A stretch of DNA of 64,000 nucleotides, from NCBI RefSeq assembly GCF_964204645.1, contig NC_134026.1, positions 4,983,950 through 5,047,949 of the forward strand, read 5' to 3'. Below, piece by piece: positions 48,217 through 60,900 of the stretch. Each line of letters opens with the position of its first letter. The first letter of the stretch is position 1. The notes below the pieces were generated by a model. The model searched no databases and was not told the origin of the DNA. It saw nothing but the letters and a program-made list of their open reading frames with translations. This DNA comes from Tubulanus polymorphus. Lineage: Eukaryota > Animalia > Nemertea. The translations under genes were made by a program, and so were the position numbers.

Positions 48217-49111
48217 ATGAACGATACAAGGTTAGGCCGTATTTCACGGTCAAGGTATTGAAATTCTTAACACATCTAATCGGTATTTCGCGTACGGTGA
48301 TGTTGACTTGTACCGTAACAATTCTCACCGCTGGGATATCGGAAATGTGGCCAGTTTCCTCGTAATGACTAGTACGAAGTTTAGATGTCTTTCGGACGCG
48401 AATTATTTGGCAGCGTTAGCGATATCCGATTCGGGAAATTGTTACGGTCGATTCTTTGCGCCATTGGTCGATTTTGTTCTTTGGACTCGGTACGGCAAAG
48501 GTATCCAAATAGAAGGTATTTTGGTTCGTATTGGTCATGAATATCCGTTTGTTACTGTAACAGCATCAAGCACTTGGTTAGTGGTTTTGTCGTTACATTA
48601 GAACGTCTGATGTTAGTAGTTTTTCCGTTCACGGCTCGTGTCGTCTGCACGGCCGCATTTGCACGCAGAGTTATTCTGGCGGTATTTATCCTAAGTTCAT
48701 CAGTTGCTGGTTACTGTTTCATCATGCAGTATTCAAATAGACTCGGATGTTACTATGACTTCGAAAAAATACGTTCTGCTTTTACGGCTTATTCACCCAT
48801 CACTTTTACTGTTCCAGTTTTTCTAACGATTGTCTTCAATGTTGTGATCATAGGAATTCTTCGGATCGAAAGACGTGAAAAGTCAAAAGGTTAAACGGAC
48901 AACTGTCATGCTGGTGACTGTTTCCGTAATCTTTGCATTCACCGCCTTACCGAATACAGTCAACTCAATCCTTGCTACATTCCCAAACTACAAGAAACTA
49001 ACGCAGACTTGGTTCTTTGTTTTTTCGATTATATTAGGATGCAATTATTCAATAAATTTCTATATTCATCTACAAGGATCAGAAGTACGTCCTTTTTTGT
49101 TCAAATGTTGA
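48217..49111 (+). pseudogene. Frameshifted tandem duplicate of the 46318-47253 GPCR
   Basis: Colinear with the intact gene but split over several frames: a deletion after ATGAACGATAC, -1 near 48337 (GGGATATC vs GGGATCATC), +2 near 48585 (GTGGTTTTGTC vs GTGGTTGTC), and an indel near 48860-48890. Confidence 0.88.
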
Positions 49112-49696
49112 GTTATTGATTCTAAATTTACATAATTCATAATGTCCGAAGAGTAGGTCCCAAATTGAGTGGTACCGGTACCAATAAATACAGATAGCGT
49201 GCAAGGTGTCGGCAGCGTTCCGACCAAACCACGAGAACGCACGTTCATTTGGTAAACTTGGCAAAAAACATGGCAACTGATTCGTAGGTTAGAATATTAC
49301 AGAGACTGACCTAACAAATTAAAAGGAATTTCAAATAGTTTTCCAATCACAAAATTCTGTCGTCAATGAAACTATCAAGTTAACTACATGGTTGACATTG
49401 TTGGCTTGAATATCTCCATCAAAATATTGATGTTGCACTTTGGAACTTTTTCGTTGAACAATTATATTCTACTAATTTATGTGCATTTTTATTTCGTATA
49501 TAGTTTAATTTTGTTATCATTATTGTTAAAAATGACCTAAATTTATAAATGACATAAAACTTGTATACGTAGAGTCAGTACATATTTACACTATGATACA
49601 TCAACGGAATGGCCCCGAAAAAAATGATCTCGGAAGTCTATATTCCGAAAAGTATGAGTTTCTATTGAATCTTTAAAAACTTATCAGCAAATAATC

Positions 49697-51953
49697 TCAG
49701 TTAAGTTGTATCATTTCGGCCTCTTCGTTGTTACCTGTAAAGAAAATAGAAATGTTTAGTTTAACTGAGAAACAGAAAAAGAAAATCACATGTAGTTATC
49801 GTGATTACATGCGTTATGTCGCAATAGATTAAAAAGTACGTATTGAATATATTACCCGTATCACTGGGTCCAGCTCCCGGGTCCGTAACAATTCGATCAA
49901 TCAAATCTAGTTTATCTTCTTCGATCAAATTCGTCTTTTCCAGTTTAAGACTTCTGACATACACAATAGCAACGGCGTTCATGACGCAAACGACTCCGAC
50001 GGCTATAATCAAACCCATGATAATAGTCGACGAATCACGAGCGACGAGGGACAAACCTAACTGGCCTTTCAGCGTTATTCTATCTGGTTTACAGCCTGAA
50101 TTAGGTGGGAGTTTTTTCGGCTTTTCATTAGGCTTCGGTGGTTGGATTTGAAGTTCATCCGCATCCAGTCCCATGTCATTGATCCAAGGCTGCATATATT
50201 TGTAGCGATAGCGTTCCTCGACGGTGAAATTGTAAGAACTGCTTGATCTACCACTGATTTGTAGGTATTCTTGTTTCGACAATGTGAATTTTGGCCAATC
50301 TATATCAGCTGATATGGGAAAGTTCGGGTCCCTGGAATATGAAAGAACAAATGCGGTCATATTGACTAGATGTTTGGGACTACGGGTGTTGATTTCTAAA
50401 AAAATTCACAAATGAAAATGAAATTTCAATTCATTTTGTCAGACAAAAAGGATAATTTTCACATTTCCGGAGTAGAAATATTTAGCCTACCCTGATTTAA
50501 CAAAATTACTCCAATATCGCACCATCTTCATGGCAACGGCTTCATCTTCTTCAAAAGTATGAGTCGTCACTTGGGTGTCTAGATAGATACTCTGTCCAAC
50601 CATCTCCGGTCCATTCACCCAACCTTGCTTGATAGGATCTGGCGGCAAGCTTTCATACTCGAACACGTACATGTAAGTGTTGGCTTTATTGCTTCTAGCG
50701 TGCAACACCGCCGCGGCAACCACCGAGCTCCCTACCGCACTGTCGGACAGCATTTCGACCAGCTCGTCTCGTCGCTCGGTGTCCGTATCGGCGGTGTATC
50801 TGGTCAAAATCTCTTTCGTCAGTTCCGGTGTCTGTGCACGATACGAACAAGCGTGTATGGAAATAGCGAAAGGAACTAGTACCTGTTCGAATACAAAATG
50901 CGATGGTCCATCTTCGTAACTGAAACCATAACGCGAAGCTATGTCTACTAAATGTGGCAGTTCGATGGCCTTAGCAGCTTCGTTACCATTAACGCCCGTA
51001 AGAAGGTCTTTTTCCGCGAACAAAACCTGATATGGATTACAGTTTTCCCCGGAAAGGGCTTGTGTTATATTTGATATGAAGAAATAGTCGTCCGGCACTG
51101 GCGACCAGCCCGTTACGCGCGCCTGTGTAGCATTTATCAATTCTTCCACTCCCTTCGACTTCAGGCATGCCAGCATTTCACCACTAGTGTTCCAAGTGCA
51201 TCCAAGGTACTGCGCGATATTTGTTCCATTGTTCTGTCCTTGTGGATGACTGAGGCACGGCGCCAAAATGCTGGTGCTTTCGGAAATTACTCTTTTCACG
51301 TATGTTGTTGTCGCAGGTGACATCGCCAGAAGAACTGCACTTCTAGCTCCTCCTTCACCTTGCGCACTAACTGTTATCAGCTTGTTGTCGCCGCCAAATT
51401 TGTCAATATGCTCCGCTACCCATAATAACGCCAATTCTTGATCATATATTCCATAATTTCCGTCAGAATCATGCGTACTTAGAAAACCGAGAATTCCTGA
51501 TCGATAGTTGATAATGACCACAATGACGTCACCGTGGGCGGCCAATAGTCTTGGATCTAAGTCTGAGGATGACCACGCGGTAACACCATCCGAGATCGGT
51601 ACGATGAACATCACTGCTTTTGTATCATTAGTTTTCGGTAGGTAGATATCCAAAGTCAAACAATCCTCTTTCATTCCCGGTGTAAACGGTGGCGCAGGGC
51701 ATGGTGCCCCGTGCTTATCGGCGTTAAACGGTTGTTGCGGTAGAGCTTTTATCGGTTCCGGTCGCGCAAACCTGATCGGCGGTTCTGCATAAGGTATACC
51801 GAGGTAAACTTCTAAGTCAATTTCAGTAGTGTTGTCATCCGCGCCTTCTACTATCCCGATAGAGAGGTTTCTCTTGGGATTCGAGGCAGCTGCTGGTGGC
51901 AAGACGATGATAACCGTTATGGACACCGCGTACAACACTTTGATAACTTCCAT
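49697..51953 (-). CDS. Type-B carboxylesterase/cholinesterase-like type I membrane protein, apparently non-catalytic (neuroligin-like). Exons 51953-50491, 50331-49856, 49734-49697
   Basis: YLGIPYAEPP, EDCLTLDIY, INYRSGILGFL, GNYGIYDQ...WV..HI..FGGD, WSNFVKSG|DPN and a C-terminal TM. The GESAG elbow is replaced by AQGEG. Confidence 0.88.
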
Positions 51954-53027
51954 ACTTGATCATCCAATAAAGGAGGTGACACCCCTTATACTGCTTGCAC
52001 TGATTCAGTCTGACCTTATTTTTAGAATGTACAGAAAACCTGTTTACTGGCTATTTGTGTTGACTGTGCGTCTTTCAGTCTATTCAAACTTCGTGAAAGT
52101 TCAACTCTAGACTTTCAGAGCCGGTTTTCTTGAAAGACATACTTGTCCGTTGAAATTACCCATAAATTTAGGAAAATAAATATGATCGAGCAAATGTACA
52201 TAATATAATTGGGTAGATGGTGAATGCAAGAAAACAGATATATCACGAGAATGATAAAATGATAGCTTTCTTAAACAAAGACAGTCGAATCGTTAATTGC
52301 AAATCTATGATTATTAGCATTTCGATGCTACACCAACACCAACAACTTTACAACGGGTACATTGGTTAAATGATGCGGTATTTACATATTCCTCAGTGGC
52401 TTAATAGTTGACCGTATTTACAGTGCTGTCTAAAACGGTAATTGTATAACGCGTATGCAATAAAGACTTGAAAGCGAGTATAATTACCTTATTCGAGTCA
52501 ATATGCAAGTGGAATCAAAACTACCGCAATCAATATCGGTGACGGAGTGATTTCGATTACATGGAATAAGAATATACGATCACGGCAGACCGAAAATGAA
52601 GATTTAGTACGAGATAAGTTAATCGTTTATAGATCGGTTGGTGTGGCTGAAAGCAGTGTTCATTCGCGAAAAAAGGGTCAATAATCGGCAATAAAAATTC
52701 GGCCACCAGGCCTAAACCCGATGGTGATAGGTAAACCCGTGCAGTTTAGATACTCGGGGGAACAGACAGTATATTTGGACGTAAAGCATTGGAAATATAA
52801 ACAGTGGATAATAATTTTCTTATTTGTTCGAAAATCCGGATAAAACATTAGGGATGCGAACATGACAAACATCCGTCGGCTCAAAGATATGAAATGTCAC
52901 ATTATACGAAAAGCGACAAAAGGCGCAGTATATGAATCACGTATCAAAAGCGCACGTGGTCACCTACGGCAATCGAAAGAAGATAAGACGTTTTTTTTCT
53001 AGAATAAAGCGGAGACTCTGCAACAAG

Positions 53028-54446
53028 ATGTCAAGCTCGGCGAATATCACTTCATGTGTAATCGGACGAGCAAATTCACAAAAATACATTCACGAATCTA
53101 GCACCATCTCGGCATCGGTCGTAGTTCAATGCGTCGTCATATTTTTCTTAATTCTCTGTGCTTTATGCGGAAATTCGTTGATTTTTGCGTCTATTTACCG
53201 CACGAAACGACTTCAAACGGTCACCAACATCTACACGGCGAATCTAGCTGTAACAGATATATCGGTGGGTATATTCAGCTTGCCGCTGCTCGTGGTTTCC
53301 GTCGTGTACGACGAGTGGATTTTACCCGTTGAATTGTGCCTGGTCAGCGCGTGTGTGGGCGAGATTCTTTTGCTCGTTTCGATTTCGACGCTGGCTGGAA
53401 TATCGTTCGATCGTTATTTATGCATCTGTCACCCGCTTACCTACCCGAACCACGCGACCCCGACCAGAGCGGGCGCATTCATCGCCGTTGTTTGGCTTAT
53501 CGGGTTATTTTTTGGATGCTCCCCGTTTTTAGGGTGGGGTCGTTATTGTTTCCGACCGTTGACCATTCCGATGTGTAGTCCAATGTGGAATGAAGATATC
53601 AGTTACGCCGCGGTTGTAATCGTAGTGAATCTTACTGTGCCGTCGATGGTGATGCTTTTTTCCTATGTTCGAATCGTCGGTGTAGCTCGAAAACAAGCCC
53701 GTCAAATCGCCCAGATTCACGGCGCTTTCGTCGTGCGCCGAACCGGACGCATTCCCGGCCAGCCTACTTCTACTAGCACTGATGTGAGCAAGAGTAACTG
53801 CTGTTTCAATTGCTGTGTCAACCGAATTGGAGGACCTCGTTGGAACAGCAAACAATCTCGAGTTGTTTCCATGGCTCCCAGAAGCAATATGAAAACTATA
53901 AAGACAGTTTTTATCGTGGTTGGTAAGTGATATATACGACAATTTATAAGCCATTAGTAAAGAAGAATTCAAATCAATCGACGATGATAAAGCCACGAGA
54001 TTTTTTATGCAAACATTTCACCATTTTATTCGCATTTCTGCTTATAATTGTTACCTCGTTCCGTTCCTCGGTTCCTTAATCAATATTCTATTATAGGAAC
54101 GTTTTTCATCTGCTGGGGGCCGTATGTCGGGCTGTACTTTTACCACGTGAACAACGATGAGCAGAAAGTGGGATACGTTATCGAAATGCTCGTCACTTTG
54201 CTGGCTTTCAGTAACAGTTCGGTCAACCCGTACATATTCGCCTTACTGAATAAGGATTTTCGCCGCGCTTGGAAATGCCTCGTTTTTGACATCTTGCGGA
54301 AGTCGCACCGCGATGACAGTGAGTCTAACCACTACAGTGGGACACGGCCGTCAAGAGCCAACAGTCAGGATAGTGCAGTACATCCGCCGTTGTACTGTCA
54401 ACAGAAACAGATTGACGAGTTAATAGTGGAAGATATGACTTCATAA
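53028..54446 (+). CDS. Rhodopsin-family GPCR, biogenic amine receptor/GPR161-like. Exons 53028-53922 and 54097-54446 (an upstream in-frame ATG exists at 52932)
   Basis: GN, NLAVTD, SFDRYLCICHPLTY, PFLGWG, ARKQARQI, CWGPY, NSSVNPYIF. A phase-1 intron lies in TM6. Confidence 0.9.
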
Positions 54447-57407
54447 TTTTAGTTTCCCTTATTTCTGAATTTTTGATGTAAAATGTTCTCAAATAAAGAT
54501 ATTTCTGAAAAGCAATTTCAAGCAAAGTGCATCGAAAAAAATTTTCCGTCATAGAATTATTAAAACTTCTAACGGAGTCTAGCAGCGTTCTCATTCAGAA
54601 CATTTCTGTTATTAATTCTAGCTCGAGGTGGCGTATGAGTAGAGCAACGAGTTGCGACGACTGGTGAACAATCTTGCAAGACCAAGGGGTTTGCGTTTCG
54701 TAAATCAAGTGTTTGATTCGAATTATTGCTGTTGGCAGAGTTTCTTGGTTGAATGTTCCTTCTCTAGCCTTTTTCCCTTTAGTGAAAAAAGAGATTTCTA
54801 ACTGCTTATTATGCCTCGAGTGGAAGTGGGTTGAGGATGAAAAAATGTTTCTTTTCAGCGATACTTTCTGTGGGTGTATGTATCTTATATCACTTGTTGG
54901 TAGTTTGATTTTATGATATCACGACGATTGGGGCAATGACACTAGTGTAAGCCTAATTGCAAACAAGCCCACGAGGAAGAAACCGATCACGATTTACTTT
55001 CTACAAACTTTTCTCACATGCAAAAAATTTACATTATAGCACAACTCTCCTTTTATTGACGTCCTGCGGATAATACAAATTAGTAGTTCGTTCAGTTGAA
55101 TTATCAAATACCCCGGGACACACTTTCAATAAATAGGAGAACTGCGGGTATAATTTGAACTGAATCGAATCCATATTGTTCAATTAACACGTGAAAAAGC
55201 TAAATTTAGGTTCATGGTTCGATTGGTAAAGCGTAGATTGATCGGCATGTGCGGCTTTTAGTGTTTTTCGAAGCTGATCCCGTGTGTGTCAACAGAATAT
55301 AGTTTGCGAAAAATATTCAGTGCAGACATCAAATTGAACGATCGCAAACATAACGCTTTAAACATAAATTTTCAATCAACACACGTGTTTGCCGATTCAT
55401 TCAGCTAGCAAATTTGTTTTAGAGCAAATAATCCCTCGATATATTGTTGACATGACGTCATCTGTTCAAACAACTATTTAACTACAAAACCATACATTGC
55501 CCACATGACGCCGTGTTTTCTGTGTTTTGATGAAGATTGTGTTTTCAAATCGCTTTTTGCAATTTCTATTCGTAGATCAGTTTTTTTGTTGATATTTTTG
55601 GCATACCAAATGGTGTAGATTTCAACAAACGAGTATGCCTAAAATAGTATTCTGGCTAACACAGATCTTCGAAAATGAATTTGATAATTTGTCCTTTTTC
55701 GATATAATTCGCTGTATTTCTTAAGATCATTCATTTTTCTGATAAACGAAGTCATGACCCGAAGATTGTGTGGACTCTACGCCGAAATACAATAACGACA
55801 GCGACATTAACCCGTCCGAAATAGAAACTCCAGTGAAAGTTCGCTCGCTCTTTTGAAAGCTTTCGCGGTATGGTGACACGAAAAAAATCGTCATTGTTTA
55901 TGTCAGCTTTGGTGTCACCTGCAGAAATCAGGTCGCTTTAGTCGGATTACAAATGAAGAGCCCACTTTTTAAGAAGTATGCCAGGTTTTTTCTTGTTCAA
56001 ATGAATAGAAATCCTACTGAGATAAACGAAGATATGGACTAGATTTTTATGGTTAGCGCACACGCGTTAACGTGGAGATTCCGCCTTTATTTATAGATAA
56101 TGATCAGATTTTTAACTGTACTCTGAGATGAAGTATTGCCCTTCAGTTGAACGCCCAAAATGAAGTATTCCCGTGTTCAAATTCAAATATAATCACTGTC
56201 TCCGGTAAACTAAAAGCAGTTCATTATTTGTATCAGCAGCTATCGATATCTTGTTGCCATCGTATTTTCTATCAAAGTCGAAATTCAAACATGAAACATA
56301 TAAATCAATGGGTATACGTTCATCGAAATTCATAGCTACAGAATCTATTGTCTCGTTTATCACATACATACTCACAAATGTCTTTCGAAAATCGTGTATG
56401 CTATTAGCAATAATGCATGCACATTTTGTCATTTATTTTGTCATTTATTTATCGTTATCTCTGGCACGCAATAATCGAAATGAAATGAGATTGTCTTGTA
56501 TTTTTTCCGCGTAATGTCGATTGGCATTTCAAGTCGTTCAATGCCGAGAGAACCAGTTGAATTTAAGTTCTTTGTCTGTTACACACACGACTTTCCCTGG
56601 ATGATCAAATGAATAAATGTTGTATATACGTACACAACAGTTCTGGTTGCCATTCATTTCTCGCTGGAACTTCAAGCGAGTCGATCTACTCGCAGCGGTC
56701 ACTGAAGTCGTCTGCCGCCTCTGCACGGATTTCATCACAATCAACAGGTTAGAAATGCGATGTTAATGAAAAAATCATTACATATTTCGTAAACGAATGC
56801 TATTGATTTACAAAGCTTTTATCGAATATGATAAAGTTGATAATTAAGTTACTGTCGCTCAAAGGTAAAATTAGAAGTAAAAAATCCGTAGGTTTATCAT
56901 TAGTTATTGGTGACGGTGAAAGTGAGAATTGAAGAAGATCTTTTGAAGTTACGAACGCATGCATCAAATCATTAATTATGAAAAATTAAGAATGTAATTT
57001 AATATTTTCCATTTCTTAATTCGATTTTCGACGGATTCATGTACTTGAATTGACTCAATATTGATAACTGAAGAAATATTGAAGAACCAGGCTCCTTAGT
57101 TACCGCCTAGTTGTTTATAACTGTGAAAAAAACCTAAAGCTGGAAAATGATAGGATTTCGACTTGGTTTTATTATGCAAGAAAAAAGTCAACAGAGATAG
57201 TCACTACAAGTAATAAATGGGCGCAGGTTTCAAAAATTATTATTTTATGGCTATTTTATGCAAATTGTTTCATAAAGCACGAAATTTATTCCCACGTACG
57301 ACTTCATAAACCGACATTTTATATGTACATACTATTTCCTTTTCAGTTCTTTGTATCCGAGTAATACGTACTTACATATTTTTTCAGATATCATAAAAGC
57401 TGTAATT

Positions 57408-57977
57408 ATGCAAAGGCCTTCCGTATCAGGTCCGGTAGGTCCGGGTCAACCGACATTTAGGAAGAAAAGCATTTTGACGGACAAAGATGGCAACCAGGGG
57501 CCACCGACAATAATAGGACTTATCGCTGGCAAGCGTTTCGCGAAGAAAATGTCGCAGCGATATCGCAAAACACCTTCGATGAGCACGAGCGGGACCGCTC
57601 GTTCGTGGAATAGCACTAACATCAGACTGGAGCCGACCTATCAGCTAGAACCGAAAACTAGATTCCAGCCCGGTAAAGTTAACGAAATCGTTCGAGCGGT
57701 CGTCAACTCGAGAATGATGGGTTTTAAATACTCGTCGCGAATGGCGGCTATGATGTCGAAAGTGCTAACGGAAGAAATCAAAGATAAAGTAAAGGGACTC
57801 GCGTTTGAGCGATATAAGATTATCTGTCTAGTGAGTATCGGTGAAAATAAAGGACAGGGCGTAGCGGTCAGTAGTCGCTGTGTTTGGGACGAGAGTTCAG
57901 ACAGATTCACGAATTACACGTACGAAACGAAAGACGCATATTGCAACGTCATCGTTTACGGAGTCTACCATGAATAG
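57408..57977 (+). CDS. Tctex1-domain dynein light chain (TCTEX1D1/DYNLT5-like), 189 aa
   Basis: EPTYQLEP..RF, IKDKVKGL...RYKIICLVSIGE..GQG...SSRCVWD..SD, VYGVYHE* are Tctex-1 family motifs. A splice acceptor lies just upstream of the ATG. Confidence 0.9.
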   Translation: MQRPSVSGPVGPGQPTFRKKSILTDKDGNQGPPTIIGLIAGKRFAKKMSQRYRKTPSMSTSGTARSWNSTNIRLEPTYQLEPKTRFQPGKVNEIVRAVVNSRMMGFKYSSRMAAMMSKVLTEEIKDKVKGLAFERYKIICLVSIGENKGQGVAVSSRCVWDESSDRFTNYTYETKDAYCNVIVYGVYHE

Positions 57978-60900
57978 TGATCGATTTATTTTTCAAATTT
58001 AGAATTATCTAGACAATACTTCGAAATCTAGTTTGTGGCTAACTATCGGGACGGTGCGGCGATGTTGGTGCACCTGTCAATATGTGAAATGATTGTATTA
58101 AACAAGAAGCTATTGCGACATCAGCGGGGGTTGCAGTGTATTCAGATGGTGACTTTCCCAGAATATGTAAATTGCATTAATAATGTTTCTCGCAAGCGCC
58201 CGCGAGATACGATGTGATTATGATTTAAGCTTGTGACAAAGCGGATTTGAATTATTAATCGGGTGTGATTTGGTATAGCGTTGTTCAGTAACTGTCGGTT
58301 TGCTTCACGGATATATGATATTATTGTTAAAATATAGTTATATACATCTTACTATTGTAATAAAAAATTTTTGATAAGTTAACAACCTTTCTTTGAATTA
58401 CCTTAGATTGACTAAGTTGGTTATCTAGCAAATATACGATATACAACGGCACCCAATGAAATCCACCAACAAATTACTTATTGTACAACCTTAATCTACC
58501 TGGCCGTAGTCTGAAACAATATTCGTAACACAACCTAATATGTAGTACTGACGCCATTCATATTCGAGAACTCTCAATAAGTGGGATTCATTATTAAATT
58601 TTACAAATAGCTTTACTGCGTGATGAAATTACCAGTGCACCGATTGGAATTTTCAATAGATTTCCAATAACGTCGAGTACCTTGGCAACTGTTCTTCATT
58701 CTTTATTCGAGCGTATCTTGTAGTATCTGAAGGACCGCGAATCGACCTGACTTGGAGAAACGATTACTTATTCATTATGTGCACAGTTAACCCGGCTCAG
58801 AGGCAAAACTGCTCCTTGAATAATACCTCGATCGTTAAATTCACATCCTACTTGGTAATTTGATATTTCAATGATATATCCTGTAAAATTATTGATATCA
58901 TTGAAATATGCAGGAAGATGTTCTCAAGGCATGTTTACATCTGATCAATAAACGAATCACAAAAGCTATAGAAATACGAATGGTAGCCATATCAATGAAA
59001 TTTTCATTTTCACCAAAACACACAGAAAATTTTTCAGAAAATTATTTTCGTATTGTCATATATCAGAGATTGACTAAGTCAGTGAGTGCCTTGTTCGTTT
59101 CCCGCAAGCTATATCAGTATATGAACACAGAATAAGTTCGTTGCCAATATTGGGAAGTGAACATGGAACGGTGACGTTAAGTGGCCACTTCTCATGGCTA
59201 GATCGGAACAAACGCATTAAATCGCATAGTACCTGCAGTTGGAAAGGACCAAATCGATACACGAAAATTACATGCCCAGCGTTATGGCATTGAGAGAGCG
59301 AGATAGGCCTACTGAGTGAAAAGTTTCCGTGAAGGTCTATCTAATGTGCCTGTTGCTCTCTATGAGGAGACCCATCGGGTTGCTGCAGCCAGTGCATTTT
59401 CAATCACTTGGTGCACGGATCCGTCTCGCGGAATTCTGCAAAACCATCTAATTGAAAAATACTTTTAGGGGTCCTTATTGTTTTCGTTGCAATGTTTTCA
59501 ATGTTGTTATGAAGATATTTTCTGTCTTTGTTTTGTCCGTCGTTCAATAAAGTGATTTGCAAAAAGTATTCTTATTCTTGAAAAAACTCGTTCTCCATAA
59601 GTAATTAACAAAAAAGGTTTACAGGGAATAATTGAATAACGCACGAATTCTTACCCGCGAAATGGTTCCTAAATTTTATTCAATAGGACCTTAATAAATC
59701 AGTGCTTTATGAACAATTGACATGAACATGCCATTTCATCCCCACAACAACAATCATACCTAAATGACAGGTATTCATGTACTCGAGGATTGAAATACAG
59801 CTAGGGCAATTACAAATAACCAGTTGCTTTGATATCAATTCTTATCTTTGATATACAATTAAGTTAGATTCAATAACTCCTTGAGGTGCTTCTTATGCAG
59901 ATACTTCAGAATCCATATAGCCATTGTTAAACCAATGTTTTAGAGTCCATATATAGCTGGCAAATCTACCAACCAACACTGTTCATATATACTCATCTAT
60001 CAAGAGACTGCTCCCCTATTTCGCTCCTCTATTTTCCATAAGGGCCTTAATAAAAATAGTATTTTATGAACCATTGATAAGCACCACAGAGAAAAAGTTG
60101 CAATACACGTAACTAAACAATTGAAAAGTTATTTACACAAATGATGAACATGTGTGTCATTTTATTCTTACACAACAATCATACCCTGCTAAATGAGTTA
60201 TTTAAAAATAGTTCAAAATAAAAACATTAAACCTACAAACCTACACTCACACTGGTAAGCGTAAGGTAAACTGATTAATCTTAATTATTAGGCCACACAA
60301 AGAAATACCCTAGTTTTTCATCAGATTTTTTTCTGGAAAGTGACGAGGGCGGGCAAATTTTATTTTTATTGCGTTTTTTAAATAAAATTTTTGAAATGAA
60401 AGTGACTTAGAGAACAGACGCGGGAGGGAAGTTTTTTTTTACCAATGACAAACAAATGCCTGTAATGCAAGTAGAAAATATGCAAAAAAAAGTTTATTTA
60501 GAATTTAGAAGCTCCCCAAGTCCAATAAAATCAAACTATATCGACTCATTCAATCGGAACTTGTAAATAGTTTTAAAAACACTTTCGCAATTTCATATTG
60601 AACAAGACAAAATCATTAACAAAATCTTAATTTTCCCTCGCTATTTGCTAAATTATTTCTGTAACTGCCCGTCTATCATAATGACTTTAGATTATATTAA
60701 AACGTCATTGGTCTCGGTGTTGGTGTCGAACTGACATAAGTGCTCTTATGAAATAAGATCGAATTATTCGACCGTGGTGCAATCGTCATAATTCGAATAG
60801 GTTTGTCGGTCCTGTCGGTTCGAACTTCTCTCGGGTTCTGGTAGATGTAGAAAGATAATACATAAAACAGAGACAGCATCAAAACTTCGGACTGGTGGTG

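Noticed and set aside
53028-54446. GPCR as a possible opsin (PFLGWGRY...C...W in ECL2)
   Set aside because: TM7 reads LLAFSNSSVNPY and lacks the retinal-binding Lys.
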